Source: Candidatus Dormiibacterota bacterium
GTDB taxonomy: Bacteria > Chloroflexota > Dormibacteria > Aeolococcales > Aeolococcaceae
NCBI GenBank assembly: GCA_963718525.1
Contig: OY970355.1
Span: 1,568,001-1,632,000, forward strand
Length of the DNA stretch: 64,000 nt
Direction: 5' to 3'
Below are positions 51,387-60,975 of this stretch, piece after piece; the stretch's first letter is position 1, and the number at the start of each line of letters is the position of its first letter. The notes under the pieces were generated by a model that was not told where the DNA came from, made no database searches, and saw nothing but the letters and a program-made list of their open reading frames with translations. A program made the position numbers and the translations under genes.

Positions 51387-52684
51387 GCGCGATGTGCTCC
51401 GGGACCCGGCCCTGCGTCGCGGCCACGGACGGCACGGGATCCTCGACGACGCCGGCGCTCGAGCAGTGACGCGTACAGGCGCCGGTACGCGTCGACGAAC
51501 CGTTGGGGTGTGTACGTCGCCTCATATCGAGCGCGTCCGGCTTTGCCCATCGCGGCGCGCTCATGCGCGTCACCAAGCACATGCGCGAGCGCTTCGGCGA
51601 GAGCTGCAGAGTTGCCGGGGGGAACCAGGCGGCCCGTCTCCCCGTCGACGACCTGCTCGGGAATGCCCGCCACGCTGCTTGCCACGACGGGACGTCCGGC
51701 GGCCATCGCATCCAGGATGACGATGGGCATGTCCTCGTGACTGATGGAAGGAAGCACGATGACGTCAGCGGCGTCATACAGCGACCAGCGATCATCGCGT
51801 TGACCGAGAAACTGCACGCTGCCGGTGAGCCCCGTCGCCGCTCTCTGCGCTTCCAGCGCAGCCTGTTCAGGGCCGGTGCCGGCCACCAGGACGGACACGT
51901 GATCACGGATGTGTTGCGGAAGCTGCGTCACGGCATCAAGCAGGTAGGTGAGCCCCTTTCGCTTCTCGAGCCGTGCCATCACCAGCACGATCAGGCGGTC
52001 GCTCGAGAGTCCCAGGTCGTTTCGGGTGCGCTCACGAGTTGCGGTGGCCACGCCTGACTCGGTGGCGTTGGGGATCACCGTGTGCCGGCTGTCGGCGAGT
52101 TGCAGCACGGAGGCGAGGGCGCTCGACGCGACCGTCGATGCCGTTACGAACGCGTCGACCGAGCGTACCACCAGCCGGTCGACGGGGTAGTCGAGCACGC
52201 GACTCGGCCGGTTGTACGGGATCGCGATGTTGTTCACCACGTACACAACCACTGGAACGCGAGCGGCCCGAGCCGCAATTGCGGCGGCACTGCACGAGAT
52301 CGCTCCGGGATATCCACCATTGTTGATGTGAACAACATCGGGCTTCTCGTTGCGAAACGCCGCGTACATGCGGCCGATGTCCCAGGCCATGCACAGCTGC
52401 CTGAGCGGCAGCAGTGACACGCCGCCGCGAAGCGCCCTGGCAACTCGGGCAGAGCGGCCGCGAGACAGCGCCTGCTTCAGGTCGGCTGGATCCGGAAGCC
52501 GAAGCCGTGTGGCTCTGATGCCGGATATCGCCTGGGCGTGCAGGCCGGCCTCGTACTCTGACCCGGCTCGATACGTGAAGATCGGCTCAACATCGCCACC
52601 TTCGAAAGCGGCTTTGAGGTGGACGAGCAGCGCGATCTCGCTGCCCCCGAACCAGTAGCAATCAGTGTGGTAGTGAACGCGCAT
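51377..52684 (-). CDS. GT4 glycosyltransferase
   Basis: FGGSE, HINNGGYPG, ARLEKRKG, EDMPIVILDAMAAG, GIPE. Confidence 0.9.
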   Translation of the reverse strand: MRVHYHTDCYWFGGSEIALLVHLKAAFEGGDVEPIFTYRAGSEYEAGLHAQAISGIRATRLRLPDPADLKQALSRGRSARVARALRGGVSLLPLRQLCMAWDIGRMYAAFRNEKPDVVHINNGGYPGAISCSAAAIAARAARVPVVVYVVNNIAIPYNRPSRVLDYPVDRLVVRSVDAFVTASTVASSALASVLQLADSRHTVIPNATESGVATATRERTRNDLGLSSDRLIVLVMARLEKRKGLTYLLDAVTQLPQHIRDHVSVLVAGTGPEQAALEAQRAATGLTGSVQFLGQRDDRWSLYDAADVIVLPSISHEDMPIVILDAMAAGRPVVASSVAGIPEQVVDGETGRLVPPGNSAALAEALAHVLGDAHERAAMGKAGRARYEATYTPQRFVDAYRRLYASLLERRRRRGSRAVRGRDAGPGPGAHRACT

Positions 52685-52706
52685 CACGCCTAGGTTGCCT
52701 CTCGGA

Positions 52707-53513
52707 TCAGCCTGCCCTGCGCAGCACAAAGTGGGTCAGGTGCGCGGGGCGGCGCGACGGCTGCTTGTAGCTGCTCAGCCCGGTCCGAATCACCCGGTAT
52801 GACCAGCGCGTCTGCCTGAACGCCGATCGCCACTGGTTGAACGAGTAGACGATGTCACCGAGATACGGGTCGTAGAGAATCCCACTGCTGGAGATGGACG
52901 GGGACCAGGCAACGTAGCGACCCCGAACGGATTTGAGCGCGATGTCCATGCCGATGCGAGTCATCTTGTACAGGTATCGACCGGTCTCGAGCGGGGTTTC
53001 ATTGAGCAGCACCATCGCACCCGACGGCTTGACAACGCGGCGGCATTCGTCAAGAACGTCGGTCAGGCGCGGGGCGTGGTGGAGCGCGGAGCTTGCGACG
53101 ATCAGGTCGTAGGTTCCGTCCTCGACGAGCAATGGCGTGAACAGGGCGCGGATGGGCCGGATCTTGGATGCGACGCCGCCCATTCGCTCGACCACACCCG
53201 GAAGCATCATCTCGAGATTGCTCCGGCTCGAATCGAGCGCATCGATGCTCGCAACCTCGTCGAATCTCGACAGGTACGCTGCGAGCCAGCCCGTGCCGGC
53301 CGCGAGGTCGAGCACACGGATTCCATGCCCGCGCATCAGAGTTCGCCACGGCACGAATTCGAGTGCGTCGAGAAAGTTCCACTCGTGCGTGACGGCATTG
53401 ACCTGCTTCTCCGGGTCGCTCCATACTTCGGCGTGTTGCGGATAGAAGCGTGCGATGGCTGTCTCCCAGCTGCTCGCTTCACTGTCGGCCTGTTGCGCTA
53501 TCCAGTCATCCAC
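52707..53513 (-). CDS. SAM-dependent methyltransferase (start uncertain)
   Basis: VLDLAAGTG, YDLIV..ALHH, RVVKPSG. Confidence 0.8.
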   Translation of the reverse strand: MDDWIAQQADSEASSWETAIARFYPQHAEVWSDPEKQVNAVTHEWNFLDALEFVPWRTLMRGHGIRVLDLAAGTGWLAAYLSRFDEVASIDALDSSRSNLEMMLPGVVERMGGVASKIRPIRALFTPLLVEDGTYDLIVASSALHHAPRLTDVLDECRRVVKPSGAMVLLNETPLETGRYLYKMTRIGMDIALKSVRGRYVAWSPSISSSGILYDPYLGDIVYSFNQWRSAFRQTRWSYRVIRTGLSSYKQPSRRPAHLTHFVLRRAG

Positions 53514-53589
53514 CGATGCGTCGGTCCTCCATCGAGATGGCGACGAGCACGCACTGCGCCCGTTCGTTTTCAGGTTAGCATTCGATGCA

Positions 53590-55371
53590 ATGGCCGTACC
53601 CGCCATCTTCGTTCACGACGCTGGCGATTCCCGGCTCACGGATCCCGGAAGTGTGGTCGCGCTCACGGCGACAGCCTTCGAGGCATGCTGCCGCGCCGGC
53701 CGGACGCCTGCGGTGCTGGCTGATTACACGCAGCAGCCCGAGCTCTGCCGCAATCCCGACGCGTATCAGCGCTGGCAGATGGACTGGCTTGTACGTCTCG
53801 ATGAGGCCTGCGGGCTCGGCGGCGTTGCTCGCTCGTGCGCGCAGCTGATCGTGCCGTCGGTCAACTCACTAGTGGTGACCGCGCGAATGCTGGCGGAAGC
53901 AGTCGACGCGCTCGCGCCGGACTCGATCACATACGTGGGCAGGGTCGGTCCGGTGGAAGCGACCGGTTACCACAATGGCCATCTGCAGTTCTGGCCGAGC
54001 CTCGGCGACGTCCCACTTGCGAGCCGCCTGCTGCCGTTGATAGCCGCAGCCCGGGGGTTGCGCTTTACGGCGTCCTCGGCGGGGGTAGTGCAGCCCGCGG
54101 CAATATCGACGGCGCCGCTGGCCGCCCGCCTCCGCCGCGCGCTGTCGCGCTCGCTTGGACCGTATCGCCGCGTCTATCGCGCGCACGGCGGCGGACAAGC
54201 CGGTCGCACCACGACACTGATGACGTGGTACGCGGGCTACGGTGCAGAGCAATTCGCGGCCGATGAGCACACCACCGGACGCGACACCGCGTTCATCACG
54301 CGAGGTGCCACGTCGTTCCGGATCCTCGACCCCGGACTCCCGCCGCACCACGCACCGAGTCGTCGCATCGATCTGACGGTCCGGCCCGTGAGCGAGATTG
54401 CTCCCGCAGCAGCGGCGTTGCTCGCTGAGCTGGACGAATGGACGGAAGTCCCCGGTGCCGCACGCTTGCTCACGACCCGGCTGGCGGTCTACCTGCAGGG
54501 CATCTGCGTCGCGGTGTCGCGTGCCGTGCCTCGAGTACGCCGAGAGTTCGCGCGTTTCCGAGTCAGCCGGCTCGCGGCCGCGAATCCGAGCTCGCCCGAG
54601 GAGTTTGCCTGCCTGATAGCAGCGAAATCCGCCGGCATCCCTCGCGTGCTGGTGCAGCACGGTGACCATCTCCTCTCGTACGCATCGTGGTTGGTCACGC
54701 AGACGGTGGACTTCGACGAGTTTGCGGCGAGTGACCCCACCATGGAGGAGGAGTTCAACGCGGCTGCGGGCCGCCTCGGTGTTGTTGCCCCGAGGGTGAC
54801 GTACTACGCACCCCGGATCGCCTCGCTTCCCAAGGGGTCGCAGCCGCGACACGCTGCGTCGGAAGCTGGGCGAGCGATCTGCTATGTGCCCTCGTTTCTC
54901 CTCGGCAACTCGAGATACGTCGGAGGGTGCAATTTCGACGATGCCTGGTACCACCGCTGGCATCTCCAGATCCTCGACCTGATGTGCTCGAGACCCGATC
55001 TCCGATTCATCTGGAAGGGGCTGCCGTCGAGCGACCAGGCCGTCGATCCCATACCCGCGCTCATCGCCGAGCGCAACGCCAGCAACATCGTTTTCGAAAC
55101 GCGCCCGTTCATTGAGGTCATCGGCGAGGTGGCCCGGGTCTTCACCAACTCTCTGAGCACTGCGTTGTACGAGACGGTGCACATGGGTAAGCCGTTGCTG
55201 GCATTGACGTTCACGCGCTTCTGCGTGATTCGACCGTCGGCGGCCGGGCGCTTCGCGCCGGTGCTCCGTGCGTGTGATACGGAGCAGGAGGCGCTTGCGC
55301 GGCTCACCGAGTTTCTGGACGCGGACCCCGACGCGTGGACGCTCCCGAAGAGCAGCCTGACTATTCCTTGA
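53590..55371 (+). CDS. Putative surface-glycan transferase with GT-B-like C-terminus
   Basis: GIPRVLVQHG motif, STALYE..GKP; position in glycan cluster. Confidence 0.6.
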   Translation: MAVPAIFVHDAGDSRLTDPGSVVALTATAFEACCRAGRTPAVLADYTQQPELCRNPDAYQRWQMDWLVRLDEACGLGGVARSCAQLIVPSVNSLVVTARMLAEAVDALAPDSITYVGRVGPVEATGYHNGHLQFWPSLGDVPLASRLLPLIAAARGLRFTASSAGVVQPAAISTAPLAARLRRALSRSLGPYRRVYRAHGGGQAGRTTTLMTWYAGYGAEQFAADEHTTGRDTAFITRGATSFRILDPGLPPHHAPSRRIDLTVRPVSEIAPAAAALLAELDEWTEVPGAARLLTTRLAVYLQGICVAVSRAVPRVRREFARFRVSRLAAANPSSPEEFACLIAAKSAGIPRVLVQHGDHLLSYASWLVTQTVDFDEFAASDPTMEEEFNAAAGRLGVVAPRVTYYAPRIASLPKGSQPRHAASEAGRAICYVPSFLLGNSRYVGGCNFDDAWYHRWHLQILDLMCSRPDLRFIWKGLPSSDQAVDPIPALIAERNASNIVFETRPFIEVIGEVARVFTNSLSTALYETVHMGKPLLALTFTRFCVIRPSAAGRFAPVLRACDTEQEALARLTEFLDADPDAWTLPKSSLTIP

Positions 55372-55891
55372 TCACGCGGAGCACGAATGTCAGCTCGTCG
55401 AGCGGAAGCAGTGACGAGACGTGCTGCTCGTAGCGTTCCGGCCAGCGGTTCGCGGCACGCGCCAGCATGCCGCGCATTCCCGTGGCCGGGAAACGCTCGT
55501 TGAACGTCGCGCGCTCCACCGAGAATCGTGCGCTCGAATAACGGTACTGATTGAAGAAGACATGGCCCGGATCGAAGTACCCAAGCGAGTCGAGCGCAAA
55601 GGCATGGCGGTGGGTGGGATCGACCGCGGCCCAGCGCGAGCGGAAGTACGGGACGTCGATGCGCACCAGACAACCGGGTTTGCCGATCCGGTGGATCTCC
55701 TCGAGGGTAGCGACAACGTTGTCGAGGTGCTCGAGCACATTGTCGAGATAGATCTCGTCGGCTGTTGATGCCTCGAAGGGATAGGGGCGAACATCGAGGT
55801 CGTGAATCACGTCGGCGCCGGAAGCCGGATTGATGTCGACCCCGATGGCGCCGGGCCGCTTCTTCGAGCCACAGCCGAGATCGAGAATCAT
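55361..55891 (-). CDS. SAM-dependent methyltransferase
   Basis: ILDLGCG, DVIHDL, VLEHL, VPYF, DPTH. Confidence 0.88.
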   Translation of the reverse strand: MILDLGCGSKKRPGAIGVDINPASGADVIHDLDVRPYPFEASTADEIYLDNVLEHLDNVVATLEEIHRIGKPGCLVRIDVPYFRSRWAAVDPTHRHAFALDSLGYFDPGHVFFNQYRYSSARFSVERATFNERFPATGMRGMLARAANRWPERYEQHVSSLLPLDELTFVLRVIKE

Positions 55892-55926
55892 TCGAGACCG
55901 CCGGTCACCGGGGCGGACTTGCCATC

Positions 55927-56394
55927 ATGGCCGCCGATGAGCACTGCGGCGTGAACGGCGCGCACCGGCGTGCTGACGGCTCGGCGAGGATCCGGATCGG
56001 CTTCTACAGCCATGCTTCTCGCATAGGCGGCGCTGAGACCTACGTTCGCGACGTGGTGCGCGGGATCGACACCGATGTCTTTGACGTACACGTCTTCGTT
56101 CCCCCATGGCGGGAGTTCATCGATTTCCTGGGCATTCGTGAGCGGCGAGATCTGCACTTGCACGTGGTGAGGATAGTCGAGCCTGCAACCGCGTTTCCCG
56201 TACCGAGATCGGGAGCCGCTGTCGCGCCACGTCATCCCAGCTTCGGCACCGAGTTCGACTCCGTCGAGGATCCGCAGCCTCGCGCTTGCCATGCGTCTTC
56301 CGCCCTCGGCGTTGCGGCTCGGGCACGATGCCCTGCGCTACGCGAGCCTCCCGGTGAACCGTCCCCGGCTCGAAGGCGCGTTCAAACGGTATGA
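55927..56394 (+). CDS. GT4 glycosyltransferase N-terminal part (frameshifted)
   Basis: IGFYSHASRIGGAETY N-terminal GT4 motif; continues in another frame after ~56200. Confidence 0.6.
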   Translation: MAADEHCGVNGAHRRADGSARIRIGFYSHASRIGGAETYVRDVVRGIDTDVFDVHVFVPPWREFIDFLGIRERRDLHLHVVRIVEPATAFPVPRSGAAVAPRHPSFGTEFDSVEDPQPRACHASSALGVAARARCPALREPPGEPSPARRRVQTV

Positions 56395-57307
56395 CCTGGA
56401 CATCCTCCATGCCATCAACGGCGGCTATCCGGGAGCAACGAGCGCTCTCGCCGCGGTGCTTGCGGGGCGGACGACCGCCAGACACCGCATCATGACCGTC
56501 TGCAGTACGGCCATGCCCCGAAGCATCCTGGAGCCGGTGGAGCGGCGCGTTGATCGAAGCCTGGCCGCCTCCCTCGACGCCGTGGTGGTACCGGCCGAAC
56601 GGCCGGCAGGCGCGATGACGGCACGCGGCTTTCCTCGAGAGATCATGGAGATCATCCCGTGGGGAGCGCGGTCCATCCCATACGACGTCGACGCCGATGC
56701 CCGCAGACGGCTGGGACTTCCGGAGACGGCACCGGTGATCGTCTGCCTGGCGAACTTCACTCCCACCAAGGGGCAGGCAGTGATCGTCGACGCGATGGCA
56801 GTCCTTACGGAGCGATTTCCCGGGATCCGGGCGGTCCTTGCCGGGGATGGTCCCGAGCTGGCGGCCCTGCGCAAGCGCGCTGCCGCCCACGGGGTCGCAG
56901 GCAGCGTGCTGTTCCCCGGGTCCTTCAAGGAGCCATGGGATCTCCTCCGAGCGGCGGACGTGTTCGTGCTGGCCTCGGAGATCGAAGGCCTCCCGCTGGT
57001 GGTCCTCGAAGCCATGAGCCAGGGAGTGCCGGTCGTGGCGACGGACGTCGGCGGGATGCCTGAGGCAGTCATCGACGGCGTGACCGGGTTGCTCGTGTCA
57101 CCTGGCGACCCGGCAGCCCTGGCCGCTGCGATCACAAGTATCCTGAGTGACCCCGCCGTGGCGTTGCGGATGCGACACGCCGCACTGGCTCGATTCGAGC
57201 AGCGATTCACCATGGAGCGAATGCTCGAATCTCACGCCGATCTCTACCACAGGCTCACGGGGAGCAGCGCCGGACCGCGGTCGCCGCGCCTAGACTGCCC
57301 CGGATGA
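56291..57307 (+). CDS. GT4 glycosyltransferase main part
   Basis: HAINGGYPG, KGQ, EGLPLVVLEAM, DVGGMPE. Confidence 0.88.
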   Translation: MRLPPSALRLGHDALRYASLPVNRPRLEGAFKRYDLDILHAINGGYPGATSALAAVLAGRTTARHRIMTVCSTAMPRSILEPVERRVDRSLAASLDAVVVPAERPAGAMTARGFPREIMEIIPWGARSIPYDVDADARRRLGLPETAPVIVCLANFTPTKGQAVIVDAMAVLTERFPGIRAVLAGDGPELAALRKRAAAHGVAGSVLFPGSFKEPWDLLRAADVFVLASEIEGLPLVVLEAMSQGVPVVATDVGGMPEAVIDGVTGLLVSPGDPAALAAAITSILSDPAVALRMRHAALARFEQRFTMERMLESHADLYHRLTGSSAGPRSPRLDCPG

Positions 57308-58137
57308 GCTCGATCCCCGAACCGGACGCAGCAGCGACCGTCGAGGCCGCTGCTGCCCACGAAACGCACTGGGCCGCGTATGACGCGGCGGGCATCCAAC
57401 GGCTGCTCGCGGTCGAGGATCGCCACTTCTGGTTTCGTGCACGCAATCGCATCATCGCCGCATTGGTGAGCGACCCGATCAACAGCCTGCCCGACGGATT
57501 TCGGGTTCTCGAGGTGGGGTGCGGGAGCGGCAACGTCCTCCGGGTGCTCCAGCACGCCGCTGTCGGCCGGGGCAGCGTCGAAGGCTTGGAGGTGAGCGTT
57601 CCCGCATCCGAGGCCGCGCGCAAGCGGACCGGGCTGACCGTCACCAATGGACATCTCGCGGATCTTCGAAGCCCGGAGCCGTTCGATCTCATCGCCGCCT
57701 TCGACGTCCTGGAGCACATCAGCGACGAGGCCGGGGTGCTGGGTCAGATGCACGCCCGACTCAAGCCCGGCGGCCGTCTCGTCCTCACGGTACCCGCACA
57801 TCCGAAGCTGTGGAGCGCCTTCGATGAGGCCTCCGAGCACATGCGGCGCTATACCCGGTCGAGCCTGACGGCGGCGCTGAGATCGTCCGGTTTCGACATC
57901 GAATATCTCAGCTACTTCATGTTCCTGCTCTACGCGCCCATGCTGCTGCGCCGTCGCCTGTCACTCAGGGGCCGGAACGATTTCGCGGGTGTGTTCGACT
58001 CGGAGTTCCAGGTGATTCCAGGGATCAACGAGGTGGCCTACCAGGTGTTGCGTCGTGAGGCTTACATGATCAAACGCAGGCGGAGGCTTCCCATCGGCAC
58101 CTCGCTGGCGGTGATTGCGCGCCCCCGAAAGCGTTGA
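57304..58137 (+). CDS. SAM-dependent methyltransferase
   Basis: EDRHFWF.AR, LEVGCGSG, FDVLEHI, TVPA...LWS..DE...H.RRY. Confidence 0.9.
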   Translation: MSSIPEPDAAATVEAAAAHETHWAAYDAAGIQRLLAVEDRHFWFRARNRIIAALVSDPINSLPDGFRVLEVGCGSGNVLRVLQHAAVGRGSVEGLEVSVPASEAARKRTGLTVTNGHLADLRSPEPFDLIAAFDVLEHISDEAGVLGQMHARLKPGGRLVLTVPAHPKLWSAFDEASEHMRRYTRSSLTAALRSSGFDIEYLSYFMFLLYAPMLLRRRLSLRGRNDFAGVFDSEFQVIPGINEVAYQVLRREAYMIKRRRRLPIGTSLAVIARPRKR

Positions 58138-58153
58138 TGCGCAAGCCGTGGTC

Positions 58154-59134
58154 TCAGGAGGTCAGGATCTCGCTCGGAGCGGTCGCGCGGCCACGCAGCG
58201 TCTTGGAGTATGCGTCGGCGGTGAGCGCGAGCCCGCGGGCAAAGTCGGTCGGTTCATAGGGCATGAATGACCTCAGCCGGGTGACATCGAGGATCACGCC
58301 ACGCACATCGAAATCGCGCTGCGGGGCCCAGTCGATGTGCGCCGGCCTGCCGGCCGCGTCGCTGATCGCTCGCACGATCTCGAGAACGGTGAGACCACGC
58401 CCGGAGCCGAGGTTGACGACCCCGACATCGAGTCCATCGAGGACGATTCGTGCCACGACATTCGCGACGTCGGCAACGAAGACGTAGTCGCGGAGCGCTG
58501 ACCCGTCGCCGAAGATGCGAATCGGCATGTCCCGGCTGATTCGGTCGAGGAAGATCGCCACTGCCCCCTGATCCCTGTCGTGTGCCTGATTGGGGCCGTA
58601 CACGTTGGCGCAGCGGACGACATGCAGGGTGGCACCCCACCTCCGCGCATACATCTGCGCGTAGCCTTCCGCAGCCAGATGTGATGCTCCGTACGGGGAG
58701 ATCGGTCGCGTCGCATCCGATTCGCTCACCGGAAGACGGATGGGATCACCGTACACGGCGCCACCGGACGATATGTAGGTGAGCGAAACGTGGGGCCGGT
58801 CACGGAGCGCTTCCAGCACGGCGAGCAATGGCAGCAACATCCCCGTCGCCGCCTCGAGTGGATTCGCCTCGGCGGACGGAGGCGTGAGCCCGCCCGCGGC
58901 GAAGATGACGTGATCCACGTCGCGCATTGCGTCTGCGATGACGCCGGGTGCACGCGCATCAGCCACGACCATTCGGGCACCATCGGCGTTCCCGGCTTCC
59001 GTGCGCCACGTGCGTGAGCGGGTCAGCCCCGTGACGCTGACTCGCTCGGCGAGCAACGTGCTGCCGATGGAGGCGCCGAGGAAGCCCCAGCCGACGACCA
59101 GGACGCGCGGCGCGGCCTTCCCCGATCCTGCCAT
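58154..59134 (-). CDS. NAD-dependent sugar epimerase/dehydratase
   Basis: GWGFLG, SSGGAVYG, PISPYG, NVYGP, GDGS..RDY; YxxxK appears as YGASH. Confidence 0.88.
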   Translation of the reverse strand: MAGSGKAAPRVLVVGWGFLGASIGSTLLAERVSVTGLTRSRTWRTEAGNADGARMVVADARAPGVIADAMRDVDHVIFAAGGLTPPSAEANPLEAATGMLLPLLAVLEALRDRPHVSLTYISSGGAVYGDPIRLPVSESDATRPISPYGASHLAAEGYAQMYARRWGATLHVVRCANVYGPNQAHDRDQGAVAIFLDRISRDMPIRIFGDGSALRDYVFVADVANVVARIVLDGLDVGVVNLGSGRGLTVLEIVRAISDAAGRPAHIDWAPQRDFDVRGVILDVTRLRSFMPYEPTDFARGLALTADAYSKTLRGRATAPSEILTS

Positions 59135-59166
59135 CGGGGGAGTATAGCCTCGGCCCGTCAGGTGGT

Positions 59167-60135
59167 TCACCGAACGGCGCCCGTTTCGGAAGAGTCCTCA
59201 TCGCTATCGGTTGTCTCGGCGACGACGTATGCCGGTCGTTCCATCAGACGGAAGTGCATGCGAGCCACGTACTCGCCCATGATGCCGAGGATCAGCAGCT
59301 GGACGCCCGAGAAGATGGCGATGATCGATGCGAGAAACGGGAATCCCGGTACCGAGTTTCCACCGATGAAGAAACGGATCACCACGATAAGGAAGACGAC
59401 GATCCCGAAGAGGGTGAACAGGAAACCGACCATGCTGGCGACCCTGAGCGGGCGGCTGGTGAACCCCGTCATCATGTTGAGCGCGTGCTGCACGAGCCGT
59501 CCGAATGTGTAGTTCGATCGGCCTTCGGATCGAGGCTCCTGCCGCACGTCGATCGCCGCGAATCTCACGGTGGCCCAGGTCAGCAGCACGTCGACTGAGA
59601 TGTCGGGGCTCTGAAACCGTTCGAACGCCCGCCGAAGATCCGTACGGAAGACCCGAAACGAGCTCACGCTCCTCGCCGCCGGCGCTCCCATCGCCTCCTG
59701 CAGCGCGAACTTGGTCACGCGTGAGGCAGCTGATCGCCAGAGGCTGTGCCTCTCCGAGATCGGTGACCCGTACACGACATCGACGTCGTCGGTGAGCTCC
59801 TCCAAGAGCGCAGGAATCTCCTCGGGCGGATTCTGCAAATCGTCATCGAGCGTCACGATGATCTCGTAGCGCGCAGCCCGAATCCCCACCAGCAGCGCGT
59901 TGTGCTGACCGAAATTGCGCATGAGGCGCACCCCACGGACCCGGCTGTCAGCGTGCGCCGCCGAGGTGATCGCATCCCAGCTCCGGTCGGGACTGCCGTC
60001 ATCGACGAGGATGATCTCGTGTGCCGGAGCGACGCTTTCGAGCACCGCGGTGAGACGCGGGATGAGCATCGGGAGCGACTTCTCGGAGCGGTGTACCGGA
60101 ATCACGGCGGAGATTCCGGGAGCAAGCGGGGACAT
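59167..60135 (-). CDS. Polyprenol-phosphate glycosyltransferase (ArnC/GtrB-like GT2)
   Basis: VDDGSPD, RNFGQHNA, DDDLQNPPEEIP, two C-terminal TM segments, GEYVAR. Confidence 0.92.
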   Translation of the reverse strand: MSPLAPGISAVIPVHRSEKSLPMLIPRLTAVLESVAPAHEIILVDDGSPDRSWDAITSAAHADSRVRGVRLMRNFGQHNALLVGIRAARYEIIVTLDDDLQNPPEEIPALLEELTDDVDVVYGSPISERHSLWRSAASRVTKFALQEAMGAPAARSVSSFRVFRTDLRRAFERFQSPDISVDVLLTWATVRFAAIDVRQEPRSEGRSNYTFGRLVQHALNMMTGFTSRPLRVASMVGFLFTLFGIVVFLIVVIRFFIGGNSVPGFPFLASIIAIFSGVQLLILGIMGEYVARMHFRLMERPAYVVAETTDSDEDSSETGAVR

Positions 60136-60146
60136 CGGCACCGGTT

Positions 60147-60928
60147 CTAGCTCACCGCCACGATCGTGGCGTCCGGGTTCGTCAACACGATTCTGCCGAG
60201 GCGCAGCTGCGCTCGATCTGCATGGATGCAATCGTCGGGGTTGCACGCTTCGACGAAGACGTGCCGCTCCGAAAAAGCTGAGTAGTAGTAGTGGCGCCCG
60301 TCGGTCATGCCCGGATTGACCCAGTGGTTGCTGACAGCGAAGATCGTGTCCACCGGCGTATTGTCCTGCAACCAATTGAGCGCCACCACGAGCCCTTGGG
60401 TCAGGCCGCGCACCGCCTGAGGATCAGGCTGGGTCACCGTGATCGGCTTGCCGGTCAAGACCCTCTCGACGGTCGAGACGAGTTGGATCGGTGAGGTCAG
60501 CAGACTTGCGGCCACAAGCGGAATGAGTTCGAGCGCCACGACGCCCGAGAGCGGTGCGCGGCGAGCCCGCAGCGCGATCGCGCTGGCCACGATGAACAGC
60601 AGCCCGAGCAAGCCAAGCGCGGCATATCGGACCAGCAGCCCGGCTGGATGCGCCAGCGTCGGCGCCGTCACGACGACCAGAATGATCAGGCAGATCAAGC
60701 CCGCCAAGAGCAGCAGGACGGTTCCGGCCGTCACGGAGATTGCTTTTCGGAGGCCGGTTCCGAAGCGCCGTTCGCGGAGGGCGCAGAACAGCGCTGCGCC
60801 TGGGATTAGCACAAACCGACCTCGTATCCCGTGAACCTCGCGATGTCCACGACGCCGACGCAGGACACGTCCCAGATAACGAGGACTACCAGCAGGACGA
60901 ATATGAATGGCGCAAATCCGCGACGCAT
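60147..60928 (-). pseudogene. Decayed large membrane protein / GT-C gene
   Basis: N-terminus MRRGFAPF...DIARFTGYEVG shifts frame near 60813 to FVLIPG; then C-terminal WLQDNTP...YYYSAFSER motif; most of the TM core missing. Confidence 0.55.
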
Positions 60929-60975
60929 CGTGGGAGTATTGCCCAAGGCTGGGCGCATCTCCTCGGAAGCGGTGC

